Shown here: positions 10,256 through 19,534 of the stretch, one piece after another
How the letters are laid out: every line of letters begins with the position of its first letter
Numbering within the stretch: position 1 is the stretch's first letter
Source: Candidatus Latescibacterota bacterium
Lineage (GTDB): Bacteria; Latescibacterota; UBA2968
Assembly (NCBI GenBank): GCA_965116885.1
Contig: OZ220741.1
Span: forward strand, 352,001-416,000
DNA length: 64,000 nucleotides
Reading direction: 5' to 3'
Translations under genes and position numbers: made by a program
Notes under the pieces: model-generated
Database searches by the model: none
Seen by the model: only the letters and a program-made list of their open reading frames with translations
What the model was told of the DNA's origin: nothing

Positions 10256-11227
10256 TCACCTCACCACCCGCGCAATATCGCGCGCAAAATAGGTCAGAAT
10301 AAGATCTGCGCCCGCGCGTTTAATACTCACCAGAACCTCGTCTCGCACCCGGTCTTCATCCAACCAGCCATTTGCGAAAGCAGCTTTGAGCATCGCAAAC
10401 TCGCCGCTGACATTGTACGCGGCAACCGGCACGCCAAACTCTGTTTTCACCCGGTAAATAATATCCAGATAGGGCAATGCGGGCTTGATCATAACGATAT
10501 CCGCGCCCTCCTCAATATCCAGAGCCACCTCGCGCATGGCCTCGTCGCCATTTGCCGGATCCATCTGATAGGATCGGCGATCGCCAAATTGCGGCGCGGA
10601 CTCTGCCGCTTCGCGGAATGGACCGTAAAAACCCGAGCAGTATTTAGCCGAATATGCCATAATCGGTATATGGTCAAACCCCTGGACATCCAGAGCAGAG
10701 CGAATAGCCCCAACCCGGCCATCCATCATATCCGAAGGCGCGACCATATCTGCGCCCGCGCGAACATGGGAAAGGGATTCCTCGACAAGGAGATCAACAG
10801 TTTCATCATTATCCACATCGTTATCCACAATCACACCGCAATGCCCGTGGTCCGTATATTCGCACAAACACACATCCGTAATCACATAGAGATCAGGCGT
10901 ATGTTCTTTAATAGCAGATATCGCACGCTGAATAATACCACCATCGCAATAAGCCCCACTGCCCCGCGCATCTTTGTGATCGGGAATCCCAAAAAGAATC
11001 ACCGCTGGAATACCCAGATCGGCAATTTCTCTACACGCCTCAACCGCGACATCTATCGACATCTGATGGTTGCCCGGCATAGACCCGATTTCTTTCTTCA
11101 CACCTCTACCTGGACACACAAACAAAGGCATAATCAAATCGTCAACACGCACATGATTTTCGCGCACCATTCGGCGCGTCGTCTCACTCTGGCGCAAACG
11201 GCGCATACGGGTAATCGGAAAAGTCAT
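10256..11227 (-). CDS. hemB: Porphobilinogen synthase (Zn-binding CxCx7C type)
   Basis: [34 protein letters not shown] and YNVSGE motifs. Confidence 0.97.
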   Translation of the reverse strand: MTFPITRMRRLRQSETTRRMVRENHVRVDDLIMPLFVCPGRGVKKEIGSMPGNHQMSIDVAVEACREIADLGIPAVILFGIPDHKDARGSGAYCDGGIIQRAISAIKEHTPDLYVITDVCLCEYTDHGHCGVIVDNDVDNDETVDLLVEESLSHVRAGADMVAPSDMMDGRVGAIRSALDVQGFDHIPIMAYSAKYCSGFYGPFREAAESAPQFGDRRSYQMDPANGDEAMREVALDIEEGADIVMIKPALPYLDIIYRVKTEFGVPVAAYNVSGEFAMLKAAFANGWLDEDRVRDEVLVSIKRAGADLILTYFARDIARVVR

Positions 11228-11240
11228 AAAAGCCTTTCTC

Positions 11241-12737
11241 TTATGCCAACTGCTTTATAGCAACCGTACCTTCCGGCGCAGTGCGAACCTCATAGCCCGC
11301 GTCAATGAGTTCCTGCCGCAGGCGATCGGCAGTATCGTAATCTCTGGATGCACGGGCCTCATCAATCTGTTTGCAAATCGCCTCGCTGGTACCTGCCTCA
11401 TCCGATGATTTAACCTTGACATCGGCAATCCCCAGCACACTATTGATCTTGTCAAACACATCCAGCGCCTCGGACGGGTCATCTACCTCTCGCCCCATCC
11501 AGTTATGCACCACAGCAAGTGCTGCACTGATATTGAGATCGCTGGCCAAAGCACTGAGAAAATCGGCAACAACGGGATGATCGTTGCCGACCTCCGTCGC
11601 ACTCCCGTTCGCAGCCTGAGCAAGCCCCTGCCCAAACTCCTGAAATCTTCGCACGGCATTGGCCGAATCACGAACACCCTTTTGCGTAAAATTGGTCTGC
11701 GTGCGATAATGCGTCTTAATGAGTTCGTAACGCAAAACCGAAGGATGAACGGGACGCCCCGTTACTTTGCCCTCGAGCACATCGCGCACCGTAAAAAAAT
11801 TGCCCTTACTCTTGGACATCTTCTCGCCTTCAACCATTAAATAGCGCGGGTGAATCCAGTACCTGGCAAAATGCGAATGCCCCGTCGCACAACACGACTG
11901 GGCAATCTCGCATTCGTGGTGCGGAAAAATATTATCCTCGCCCCCCGTGTGAATATCGATAACCTCGCGCCGCAGCATCTTCATCGCCATAGCCGAACAC
12001 TCGATATGCCAGCCCGGATATCCCTCACCCCAGGGAGAGGGCCATTTCATAATATGAGACGGATCGGGTTTCCACAAAAAGAAATCAGCCGGATTGCGCT
12101 TAATCGCCTGGTGTTCCTCAAGCACGCGCCCACCAGAACCCGCGACAAGTTGATCGAGATCATTGCCCGACAAACGGCCGTATTCGGGAAAAGACTCAAC
12201 ACTAAAATAAACCACACCATCATCGGCAATATAGGCGTGGCCTTTGTCCAAAAGCTTCTGGATCATCACCTGTATGGCATCGATATGTTCCGTGGGACGC
12301 GGCATATTGCGCGGATAGTCATGCGCCACTTTAATATCCAGCAAACGCGCATCTTCGACAAATGCATCCGTAAAATACTGCGCCACCTCAAACGGATCAT
12401 CGGGATTGGAAACCGCATCATCGGGCAACTTACCCGATTTCTTTTCCTCCTTGAGCTTGCGCGCAGCCACCGCGATCTTGTCCTCGCCGGTCGCATCGGC
12501 CACATCGTCGTCCGTCATATGCCCCACATCGGTAATATTCATCACATGGGTAACGTGATAACCGGCCAAATCGAGAAAACGTCGGAGTACATCGGAAAAC
12601 AAAAAAGACTTAAAATTGCCGATATGGGCAAAATCGTACACCGTTGGACCACATGAATACATAGTCACATTCGGAGGATCGAGCGGCTCAAAAATTTCTT
12701 CGCGATTTGTCAGCGTATTGTAGAATCGAATATCCAT
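11241..12737 (-). CDS. cysS: Cysteine--tRNA ligase
   Basis: CGPTVY, HIGN, PGWHIEC, DIHTGG..FPHHE and KMSKS motifs. Confidence 0.97.
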   Translation of the reverse strand: MDIRFYNTLTNREEIFEPLDPPNVTMYSCGPTVYDFAHIGNFKSFLFSDVLRRFLDLAGYHVTHVMNITDVGHMTDDDVADATGEDKIAVAARKLKEEKKSGKLPDDAVSNPDDPFEVAQYFTDAFVEDARLLDIKVAHDYPRNMPRPTEHIDAIQVMIQKLLDKGHAYIADDGVVYFSVESFPEYGRLSGNDLDQLVAGSGGRVLEEHQAIKRNPADFFLWKPDPSHIMKWPSPWGEGYPGWHIECSAMAMKMLRREVIDIHTGGEDNIFPHHECEIAQSCCATGHSHFARYWIHPRYLMVEGEKMSKSKGNFFTVRDVLEGKVTGRPVHPSVLRYELIKTHYRTQTNFTQKGVRDSANAVRRFQEFGQGLAQAANGSATEVGNDHPVVADFLSALASDLNISAALAVVHNWMGREVDDPSEALDVFDKINSVLGIADVKVKSSDEAGTSEAICKQIDEARASRDYDTADRLRQELIDAGYEVRTAPEGTVAIKQLA

Positions 12738-12773
12738 AATCGAGTTTAAAAATAAACCGAGGTCATAATTTTG

Positions 12774-13520
12774 TCAATTCTGAGGCCTTTTTCGGCGCAG
12801 ATGGATGAGATAAATCCCCGTAACCACGAGACCAATACTGACCCACTGATGCACCGTGAGACCCATAAAAACCTCGGGCGTAAGACGCACAAACTCGACA
12901 AAAAAGCGGGCAACAGCCATCAAAACGAGATAAAGACCAAAAACCCTACCGGGTCTGAGACGATCGCGCAGAGCCAACAAAATCCCGAAAATACAAACCA
13001 TCTGAATCATCTCGTAAATCGGCGTCGGATGCACAAAATCAAGCGTGGGCACAAGACCGTTGGGATAAGCCATGCCCCAGGGCAAATCCGTGGGAATCCC
13101 ATAGCATCCATCGCCCGAAAGCTCACATCCCCCCCGCCCAAAAAAGTACCCTACCACAAGAGCCGGTGCAATCGCATCCACAGCGGGCCAATCGAGCGCA
13201 TTATACCGGCGAAGCCAAAGGAGCACAGTCGCAGCCCCACCCAAAAGCCCGCCGTACCAGGCCCAACCCACCGAGGAAAAAATCGTGCCAAAAGGATCGG
13301 CCACAAAAGCGTGGGGATACTCGAAAACATGAAAAATTTTACTCCCCACAATACCGCCGATCACAGCGGCAAACGCAATGCGGTCTGACAGCGTGGGATC
13401 AAGACCGCGACGCCGAAACTCGCGTTTGAGCACCCACGACGCACAAAGCAAACCAACCGCGAGCATCACGCCATAAACGCCAATGCGAAACGGACCGTAT
13501 TCAAAGAGAATTGGAGACAT
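12774..13520 (-). CDS. lgt: Prolipoprotein diacylglyceryl transferase
   Basis: YG, WYGG, GRGGC..GD, HPTPIYE and RFFVEFVR motifs; multiple TM helices. Confidence 0.9.
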   Translation of the reverse strand: MSPILFEYGPFRIGVYGVMLAVGLLCASWVLKREFRRRGLDPTLSDRIAFAAVIGGIVGSKIFHVFEYPHAFVADPFGTIFSSVGWAWYGGLLGGAATVLLWLRRYNALDWPAVDAIAPALVVGYFFGRGGCELSGDGCYGIPTDLPWGMAYPNGLVPTLDFVHPTPIYEMIQMVCIFGILLALRDRLRPGRVFGLYLVLMAVARFFVEFVRLTPEVFMGLTVHQWVSIGLVVTGIYLIHLRRKRPQN

Positions 13521-13528
13521 AGTATGTG

Positions 13529-14650
13529 TCAGACCGCCTTCTTATCGAGCAAAAACAAAAACTCCCGGTTTGGTTCCTCTGCATCCCTCAACCATTCATT
13601 CGTCCACTTCATCCCCGCCATCACATTCCTCTTATAATTGAGCGCAACCACATCCACTATCTCGCCATTGCGCCGCATCACATCGTTCAACGCTCTCGCA
13701 GTCGCCCGCCCGCCAGAACTGTACGACAGAATAATCCACCGCGCGCGCGTCGCCGCAATCAAATTCTCAATCGCCTCAACCGCGATAAAGCGCCCCTCAT
13801 CACTACGCCGAAACGCCTCAAAAACAGACGCCGCCACAGTATCCGATGTATCCCTGCGGCGATTGGCCTTCCCGAAAAGAGCCGGTTTATCGGCACAAAT
13901 CACACTCGTCCACACATGGTAATAAGAAGCGTACCGCACCCGCGATGGCGGCATCTTCTCGTTATTCGATCCATAAGGCGGATCGAAATACGCCAGATCA
14001 ACGGATATGCGGGGAACGAGATCAAAAATATCCCTCTGAAATACCCGATGTTCCCCCGATGAACGAAAAATACTCGGCACCTCGAGCACAAGCTTCTTAT
14101 AAGATCGAGGCGACCAGTCCTTCAGATAAGAAACAAAATGCCCCAAACTGCTATCCACGCGATCCAGCGCCAAAATCAGACTCGTAAGCGCCACAGCCTC
14201 ATCAACCGGATCCAGCTTCAGCGCGTCAATCTCTTCTCGAATCGCGTCTAATTTGCGAGTATTGTGTACTTGCCACGGCCTCTTGCGCCCATCGCTCTGT
14301 ATCGCACATCCGTCGTTGGGTTGACCCCCATAGTGCTCCGTGAACCACCCATCCACAGGCGAAAGCGCATTGAGATGATCGATAAGCGGTTGATAATCCT
14401 CCCGCTTCTTCTTATTCAGCAAATAGCACGTCCCAAAAACCTTCGACCACACCGCAACATCATTGCAAACAACCGTATAATCCAGCCTCGCAAGCGCCTG
14501 CGACACCCTCGTCGTCCCCGAAAACCCATCCAGAACCGTCTTCGCATCAACCTTCTCAACCAATTGCAAAATATGCGGAAGAAGTTTCAACTTAGACCCC
14601 GCATATTTGATCCCCTCTGTAGGAGGCGCATCAAGAACATCTCGCGTCAT
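13529..14650 (-). CDS. N6-adenine DNA methyltransferase (D12/alpha class), apparently orphan
   Basis: YAGSK, DGFSGT (motif I), YFDPPY (motif IV), LSYS; no adjacent endonuclease. Confidence 0.88.
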   Translation of the reverse strand: MTRDVLDAPPTEGIKYAGSKLKLLPHILQLVEKVDAKTVLDGFSGTTRVSQALARLDYTVVCNDVAVWSKVFGTCYLLNKKKREDYQPLIDHLNALSPVDGWFTEHYGGQPNDGCAIQSDGRKRPWQVHNTRKLDAIREEIDALKLDPVDEAVALTSLILALDRVDSSLGHFVSYLKDWSPRSYKKLVLEVPSIFRSSGEHRVFQRDIFDLVPRISVDLAYFDPPYGSNNEKMPPSRVRYASYYHVWTSVICADKPALFGKANRRRDTSDTVAASVFEAFRRSDEGRFIAVEAIENLIAATRARWIILSYSSGGRATARALNDVMRRNGEIVDVVALNYKRNVMAGMKWTNEWLRDAEEPNREFLFLLDKKAV

Positions 14651-14669
14651 GCTTTATCCCAACCTTGCT

Positions 14670-14736
14670 CAATATGGCAACAGGCTGTTGCCATATTGGA
14701 TTGTGTTCTAATTCTCTCACAGGTTGTGAGAGAATT
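14670..14736. repeat. Two adjacent near-perfect palindromes
   Basis: CAATATGGCAACAG-G-CTGTTGCCATATTG (14670-14698) and AATTCTCTCACA-GGT-TGTGAGAGAATT (14710-14736). Confidence 0.9.
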
Positions 14737-14794
14737 TCCCCTCAAGCAGTTTCCGATTTCCTTATTCCAGATGCTTCGCAATCTCGTCGCGAAT

Positions 14795-15448
14795 CTACCT
14801 GGACAATTGACGAACCACAGCCGCAATTTCTTCGGCGGTATGAGACGGACGAAAAAAGAAGCGCAAATCGCCGTTCTGGTCAATGAGATAGGTATAAAGG
14901 GAATGGTCAATGAGATACCCCGCCGCAGAACCCTGCTCGCCGATCTCATAGTGAGCCGCATAGCGTTTAACCACCGCATCAATACTATCCTGCACCCCTG
15001 TAAGACCAATGGCTGGCACGTCAAAATGCGACAAATAAGACTTGAGCATCTCGGGCGAATCGCGCCCGGGATCAACACTCACAAAAAGCGTCCTGAGATC
15101 GCGTGCATCCTCGCCTAAAATCGTATAGGCACTCGCAAGCCGCGCCATCGTTTGGGGACATGCATCGGGACAACTCGCATAGCCAAAAAAGAGAAGAAAC
15201 GGACGCTGTTGATCCGCCAAATGAAAAGAATTGCCATCGTGGTCAACAAGCGTCAAATCGCCGCCAAAAGGATAGGGATCGGCAGAAAGGGTGAGATCGG
15301 GATCGGACTGCGGCGCGCGCTCAAGCGGTTTACAGGCCATAAATAGCAACAGCAAAGTGCAAAGTACAAAGTGCAAGCCTCTCCAGCTCCCCCTTATCCC
15401 TCGCCATTTATCTGCGCCCATCTGCGCCCATCTGCGGATCGTATTCAT
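14795..15448 (-). CDS. SCO1/SenC-family copper-binding lipoprotein
   Basis: FFGYASCPDACP (CxxxC), VSVDP.RD and distal His in IDHS; lipobox-like LFMAC. The true start may be nearer 15376. Confidence 0.92.
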   Translation of the reverse strand: MNTIRRWAQMGADKWRGIRGSWRGLHFVLCTLLLLFMACKPLERAPQSDPDLTLSADPYPFGGDLTLVDHDGNSFHLADQQRPFLLFFGYASCPDACPQTMARLASAYTILGEDARDLRTLFVSVDPGRDSPEMLKSYLSHFDVPAIGLTGVQDSIDAVVKRYAAHYEIGEQGSAAGYLIDHSLYTYLIDQNGDLRFFFRPSHTAEEIAAVVRQLSR

Positions 15449-15457
15449 CTGCGCCCT
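15410..15457. repeat. Tandem 10-mer repeat atctgcgccc
   Basis: atctgcgccc atctgcgccc atctgcgga...atctgcgccc at the PCuAC/SCO junction. Confidence 0.65.
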
Positions 15458-15900
15458 TCACTTCGAAAAGAAACAACAGGTGCCCGAAGCGTCTCCACCT
15501 GACCATTTGCAAAAGTAAGCGTAAGCGCGAGCGAATCGCCCGGAGCCAAATCGCGTCTGAGACCAATGAGCATAAGATGGTTGCCACCGGGTTGCAAAGT
15601 CGCTGAACCATCTTCTGGAATCGGCAAACGGTCAATTTTTTTCATCCGCATAATATTGCCATCCGTCGTCATAACGTGGATCTCGGCAACCTCAGCCGCA
15701 GGCGTAGAAGCAGAAACGAGTGCAGTCGCCATTCCCTCATTGTGAATAGCCAGATAAGCCGCAGTCATCGTCTGTGGTGGAATATTCTGCCGCACCCATG
15801 CGTTTTTAATGGACACAGAAGAAATATCTCGATCACTGCATCCCATCCCCAGCAGAACGAGGGTCAGAAAAAATATCCCACTTTTTATACACACTCTCAT
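15445..15900 (-). CDS. Copper chaperone PCu(A)C
   Basis: NAWVR, TAAYL, EIHVM...MRM, LQPGGNHLML; lipoprotein signal (GMGC). Confidence 0.93.
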   Translation of the reverse strand: MRVCIKSGIFFLTLVLLGMGCSDRDISSVSIKNAWVRQNIPPQTMTAAYLAIHNEGMATALVSASTPAAEVAEIHVMTTDGNIMRMKKIDRLPIPEDGSATLQPGGNHLMLIGLRRDLAPGDSLALTLTFANGQVETLRAPVVSFRSEGRR

Positions 15901-16286
15901 TTCTGCAACGAAACAATATAAATGGAAATAATCCTGCGCTCTTCTTCCGGGATTTGGGGATAGCCGGGCATACCCATACCCCGTTCATTGAGCGCGCCTT
16001 TGAGTATCGTACGCGAAACAGCCTCAATCGAACGCCCGTATTTATAAACCTTGGGATCGTGAAAATCGCGGGGCCTTGGATTCAGAGTACGCGCGATCTG
16101 ACCATTGCCATGACCGTTGCGACCATGGCAAACCGCGCACCCGTATTTTGTGTAAAGAGCCTTACCTCTTTCAATATCTGCCGCGGCAAACTGCGGGCGC
16201 TGAGGGGGTGGTTCGGCTTTCTGTTCTGGTGGATTCTGGCAAGCCATCAAAATACCGCAGAAAGTTGTGAGAAAGAGGCGAAACAT
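15897..16286 (-). CDS. Monoheme c-type cytochrome lipoprotein
   Basis: CAVCH heme motif, G.GNG, PRPRDF and distal Met in MPGY; lipobox ILMAC. Confidence 0.9.
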   Translation of the reverse strand: MFRLFLTTFCGILMACQNPPEQKAEPPPQRPQFAAADIERGKALYTKYGCAVCHGRNGHGNGQIARTLNPRPRDFHDPKVYKYGRSIEAVSRTILKGALNERGMGMPGYPQIPEEERRIISIYIVSLQK

Positions 16287-16305
16287 AATATCTCCCGATA
16301 TAGTT
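16199..16305. repeat. Direct repeat copy A (RBS region plus lipoprotein leader of cytochrome c)
   Basis: About 105 bp highly similar to 17428-17532, e.g. shared ctggtggattctggcaagccatcaaaat and gaggcgaaacataa.atctcccgatat. Confidence 0.9.
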
Positions 16306-16381
16306 AAACGACTGATGTACGTCAGGCCGGGCCGAGAAGTCATACCACATCCAAAAGCCCCCGCAAGAGAGACGGACTCTT

Positions 16382-17512
16382 CTACTCCCGCCTCACTGCG
16401 ACATTCGCGAATAGTCCATTCGGCGCTCCCGAATTCGCGGTCACGATCTCCGGAAACCGATCACCGTTCAGATCGCCGACAGCCAACCCGTACGTCGAGC
16501 AGTCCGCGCATCCAAAGCGAAACTCGTCGAACTCCGGGATCTCGCCGCCCCGGTTGAAGTACACCGCATTCTGCGCGCCCACGTTTGCCACGATGATGTC
16601 CAGATCGCCGTCGAGATCCACGTCCGCCAGGCGGACCGCGTAACTCCGGCCGTCGGACCCGAACGACAGGCTGCGCTTGAACCCTTCCGCCCCGTCGCCG
16701 AAGTACACTGCATTCGCCTCGCCGATATTCGCCGACACGATGTCCAGGTGGCCGTCGCCATCTACATCGCCCACCGCCACGCCACGGGTCTCGTCACTGC
16801 CGGTTCCGTACCGGCTCACCCGATCGAAACTGCCTGCGTCGTTCCAGTGAACTGTGTTCGCGCCTCGGTTACGGTTGGCGAGCACAAGGTCCGGATCCCC
16901 GTCACCATCGAGGTCCACAGCGGCGACATTGATCGTGGAGTCATCCCCGGTTCCGAACGGCGTTCCCTCGCCGAAGCCCCCTGAACCATCTCCATGGAAG
17001 ATAAAGTTCTGGCGTCCCCGGTTGACAACCAGGATGTCGGTATGTCCGTCGGCGTCCAGATCGGCCAACGTCAGGCTCCGCGTCGAACTCGGCGTGCCGA
17101 AGACGGATCCGGCCTTGAAGCGACCCGCGCCATCGTTCAGAAAGACGAGATTCCGCGTGCGGTCGTTCCCCACCGCGACATCCAGGTCGCCATCGCCGTC
17201 GAAATCGGCCAGCGGCACGGCATACGTGCCGGCCTCTTCATCCCCAAGCCGCCGCGCTAGGGTGAAGGCGGCTCGCCCATCATTGAAATAGACCCGGTTC
17301 TGCTCGGGCCAGTGGCGACCATTGGCGACAATCACATCCAGTGTCCCGTCGCCGTTGACGTCGCCCAGACTCAGCGAGGCCGTCAGTTCGCTGCCCGCGC
17401 CCAACGACCTGCGTGCCCGGAATGTCCGCTGAGAGGGTTCGGTTTTCTGCTCTGGTGGATTCTGGCAAGCCATCAAAATGCCGCAGAAAGCCGCGAGACA
17501 GAGGCGAAACAT
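16382..17512 (-). CDS. FG-GAP/VCBS repeat beta-propeller lipoprotein
   Basis: Seven D(V/L/F)(D/N)(G/A/L)DG..D repeats; N-terminus nearly identical to the cytochrome c leader; body visibly more GC-rich than its flanks. Confidence 0.9.
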   Translation of the reverse strand: MFRLCLAAFCGILMACQNPPEQKTEPSQRTFRARRSLGAGSELTASLSLGDVNGDGTLDVIVANGRHWPEQNRVYFNDGRAAFTLARRLGDEEAGTYAVPLADFDGDGDLDVAVGNDRTRNLVFLNDGAGRFKAGSVFGTPSSTRSLTLADLDADGHTDILVVNRGRQNFIFHGDGSGGFGEGTPFGTGDDSTINVAAVDLDGDGDPDLVLANRNRGANTVHWNDAGSFDRVSRYGTGSDETRGVAVGDVDGDGHLDIVSANIGEANAVYFGDGAEGFKRSLSFGSDGRSYAVRLADVDLDGDLDIIVANVGAQNAVYFNRGGEIPEFDEFRFGCADCSTYGLAVGDLNGDRFPEIVTANSGAPNGLFANVAVRRE

Positions 17513-17532
17513 AACATCTCCCGATATGGTTG
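17428..17532. repeat. Direct repeat copy B (leader fused to the FG-GAP gene)
   Basis: Matches 16199-16305. Confidence 0.9.
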
Positions 17533-17570
17533 ATTTCAATATACCCAAAACACAGAACTTGTAAAAGAAA

Positions 17571-18608
17571 TCAGTCCCCTCTGCGATTCGCCTGTGATTG
17601 TGGCGTAAGATCAAACCACGTCTCGTGGCCCTGAAAAAAACGATCGAGCTCATCGACCATAAGTTTGAAAAAGTGGGGATAATCATCGCCCGTATAGCCC
17701 GAAAAATGTGGGCTTAAAAACACATTGGGAAGGTGAATAATCTCACTGTCGGGAGGAATGGGTTCCGGATCAAAAACCTCGAGACCAGCGGTAATATCAC
17801 CTCGCTTAAGGCGTTCAATCAAAGCATCGGAATCGACAATCGCGCCGCGCGAAACATTGACAAAGGCCGACCCGGGTCGGATGAGATCGAGTTCGCGTTT
17901 CCCAATCATACCTCTGGTGCGCGGTGTAAGCGGGGCAACACAGACAATAACATCGCATTCCGCAAAAATCTTATCCATCGAAGTCTGCGTAAAACCCACA
18001 ATCTCGGCAATATCGCGGGACAAATACGGATCATAAACCCAGATATCCGTATTAAAAGGACGCAAAAAAGAAATGAGACGGCGCCCCATATGCCCACACC
18101 CAATAAGACCGACGCGCTTGCCGAATAGCATACCCCGCATATCGCGGTTTTTAGCGCCAATGGTATCGCCAGCGATAATGCTGCGAAACGCCGCCCCCGC
18201 ATTGCGCAGCGCGATCAGGATAAGCGCGAGCGCCCATTCGGCAACTGGATAAGACGACCCCTGAGTCGTATCAACCGTGCGGATACCGCGTTCCCAGGCC
18301 GCATCGAGATCAATCCGCGCGGCAAAGCGGTCGCCTTCCAATTCGCCAACCAACTTCAAATGCGGCGCATTATCCATCACCTCGGCATCAATCGTGGGGC
18401 ACCCGGAGCACACGACAACAGCATCTACATCCCCAATACAATCAATTAAACCCGCAATAGTTCCGGGGGCGCGAGGGGCTTCATAAATATTGCCACCCTC
18501 GCACTCAAACCAATCCCATGTGGCAAAGGTCTCGAGACGGGCGAGTTCCTCCGGCGGAAAATAGCTATCGCGAATGCGCTTATTAGACGCGAGAAGGACT
18601 TTTGGCAT
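17571..18608 (-). CDS. D-isomer-specific 2-hydroxyacid dehydrogenase
   Basis: GLIGCGHMG, VYDPY, NVSRG, EVFDPEP and SPH motifs. Confidence 0.9.
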   Translation of the reverse strand: MPKVLLASNKRIRDSYFPPEELARLETFATWDWFECEGGNIYEAPRAPGTIAGLIDCIGDVDAVVVCSGCPTIDAEVMDNAPHLKLVGELEGDRFAARIDLDAAWERGIRTVDTTQGSSYPVAEWALALILIALRNAGAAFRSIIAGDTIGAKNRDMRGMLFGKRVGLIGCGHMGRRLISFLRPFNTDIWVYDPYLSRDIAEIVGFTQTSMDKIFAECDVIVCVAPLTPRTRGMIGKRELDLIRPGSAFVNVSRGAIVDSDALIERLKRGDITAGLEVFDPEPIPPDSEIIHLPNVFLSPHFSGYTGDDYPHFFKLMVDELDRFFQGHETWFDLTPQSQANRRGD

Positions 18609-18645
18609 AACTAACCTCTTTTCAAATTGGGCATATTCTCATCTC

Positions 18646-19497
18646 CTACTTCAACCCCTCACCCGGTATCCACTGTATCTCTATCGGCTCTACCTCGCCA
18701 TCATACGCGATTCTGAGCGGTTCCATCAGAGCCTGTAACTCTATAGACGATGACACAGCATCACTGTTATTACCTTCTGCCAGAGCGACCGTGGCCTGCG
18801 TGCGCTCTGGCAAAGCGACAAAGTCCGGATAGTACCACATCGTGAGCACAGTCCTGCGCTGATCTGTCTGGTTCGCATGCGAAGCGTGCAACAGGCTGCC
18901 ATAACCCATCACGAGATCGCCAGCTTTAACGGGAACATCAATCTCGTCATCCACCCGCGAAAACCCCGGATCGTCCGGATTGGCATATTTTCTAAGCTCA
19001 TCTGTATGGCTCGGAGAAATCTCGTCGTGTAATGAATGACGCTTGAGATGCGATCCCGGAACCACGCGCAAACACCCGTTTTGCGGCATCGTATCGGTCA
19101 GATAATACATCAAAAAACACTGAATGGGCTGCGTTGTATAGCTCACCGGATCATCCCAAAAACGACCATCTTCGTGCCAGAACAGCGGCGGACTATGCGG
19201 CGGCTTGCTGATAATGCGTCCATGTCCAAACTTTGGTTCATCAAACCCGAGCTGTTTTAACGCATTGAGCGCATTGGGATGGGCAATGAGTTCAGCCATC
19301 ACCGGATACTGATACGCCATAGCCCAATCGATCATGACCATACTCCCGGTCGTGCGATGCATCTCAAAATGCTCCGGCTCCTGCTCGGAGAGCACATCAT
19401 CGCTAAAGCGCTGCAATCGATCTACCAGAGCAGAATCGAGAATATTCTCAAACACATAGAACCCATCGCGAGCAAATTGTTCTCGTTTGGTAAACAA
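18646..19497 (-). CDS. Phytanoyl-CoA dioxygenase (PhyH) family protein
   Basis: WHED, YLTD..NGCLRVVPGSH, GDLV and LLHAS..N motifs. Confidence 0.9.
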   Translation of the reverse strand: MFTKREQFARDGFYVFENILDSALVDRLQRFSDDVLSEQEPEHFEMHRTTGSMVMIDWAMAYQYPVMAELIAHPNALNALKQLGFDEPKFGHGRIISKPPHSPPLFWHEDGRFWDDPVSYTTQPIQCFLMYYLTDTMPQNGCLRVVPGSHLKRHSLHDEISPSHTDELRKYANPDDPGFSRVDDEIDVPVKAGDLVMGYGSLLHASHANQTDQRRTVLTMWYYPDFVALPERTQATVALAEGNNSDAVSSSIELQALMEPLRIAYDGEVEPIEIQWIPGEGLK

Positions 19498-19534
19498 GGC
19501 AAACCTCCTTGTTACACAACATAGTCAAACACAT

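Noticed and set aside
14647..15078. 143-aa ORF ending at the MTase start as a possible restriction or controller gene
   Set aside because: Mostly an alternative frame of the SCO gene with no recognisable motifs; only its 3' non-overlapping part is discussed, as a remnant.
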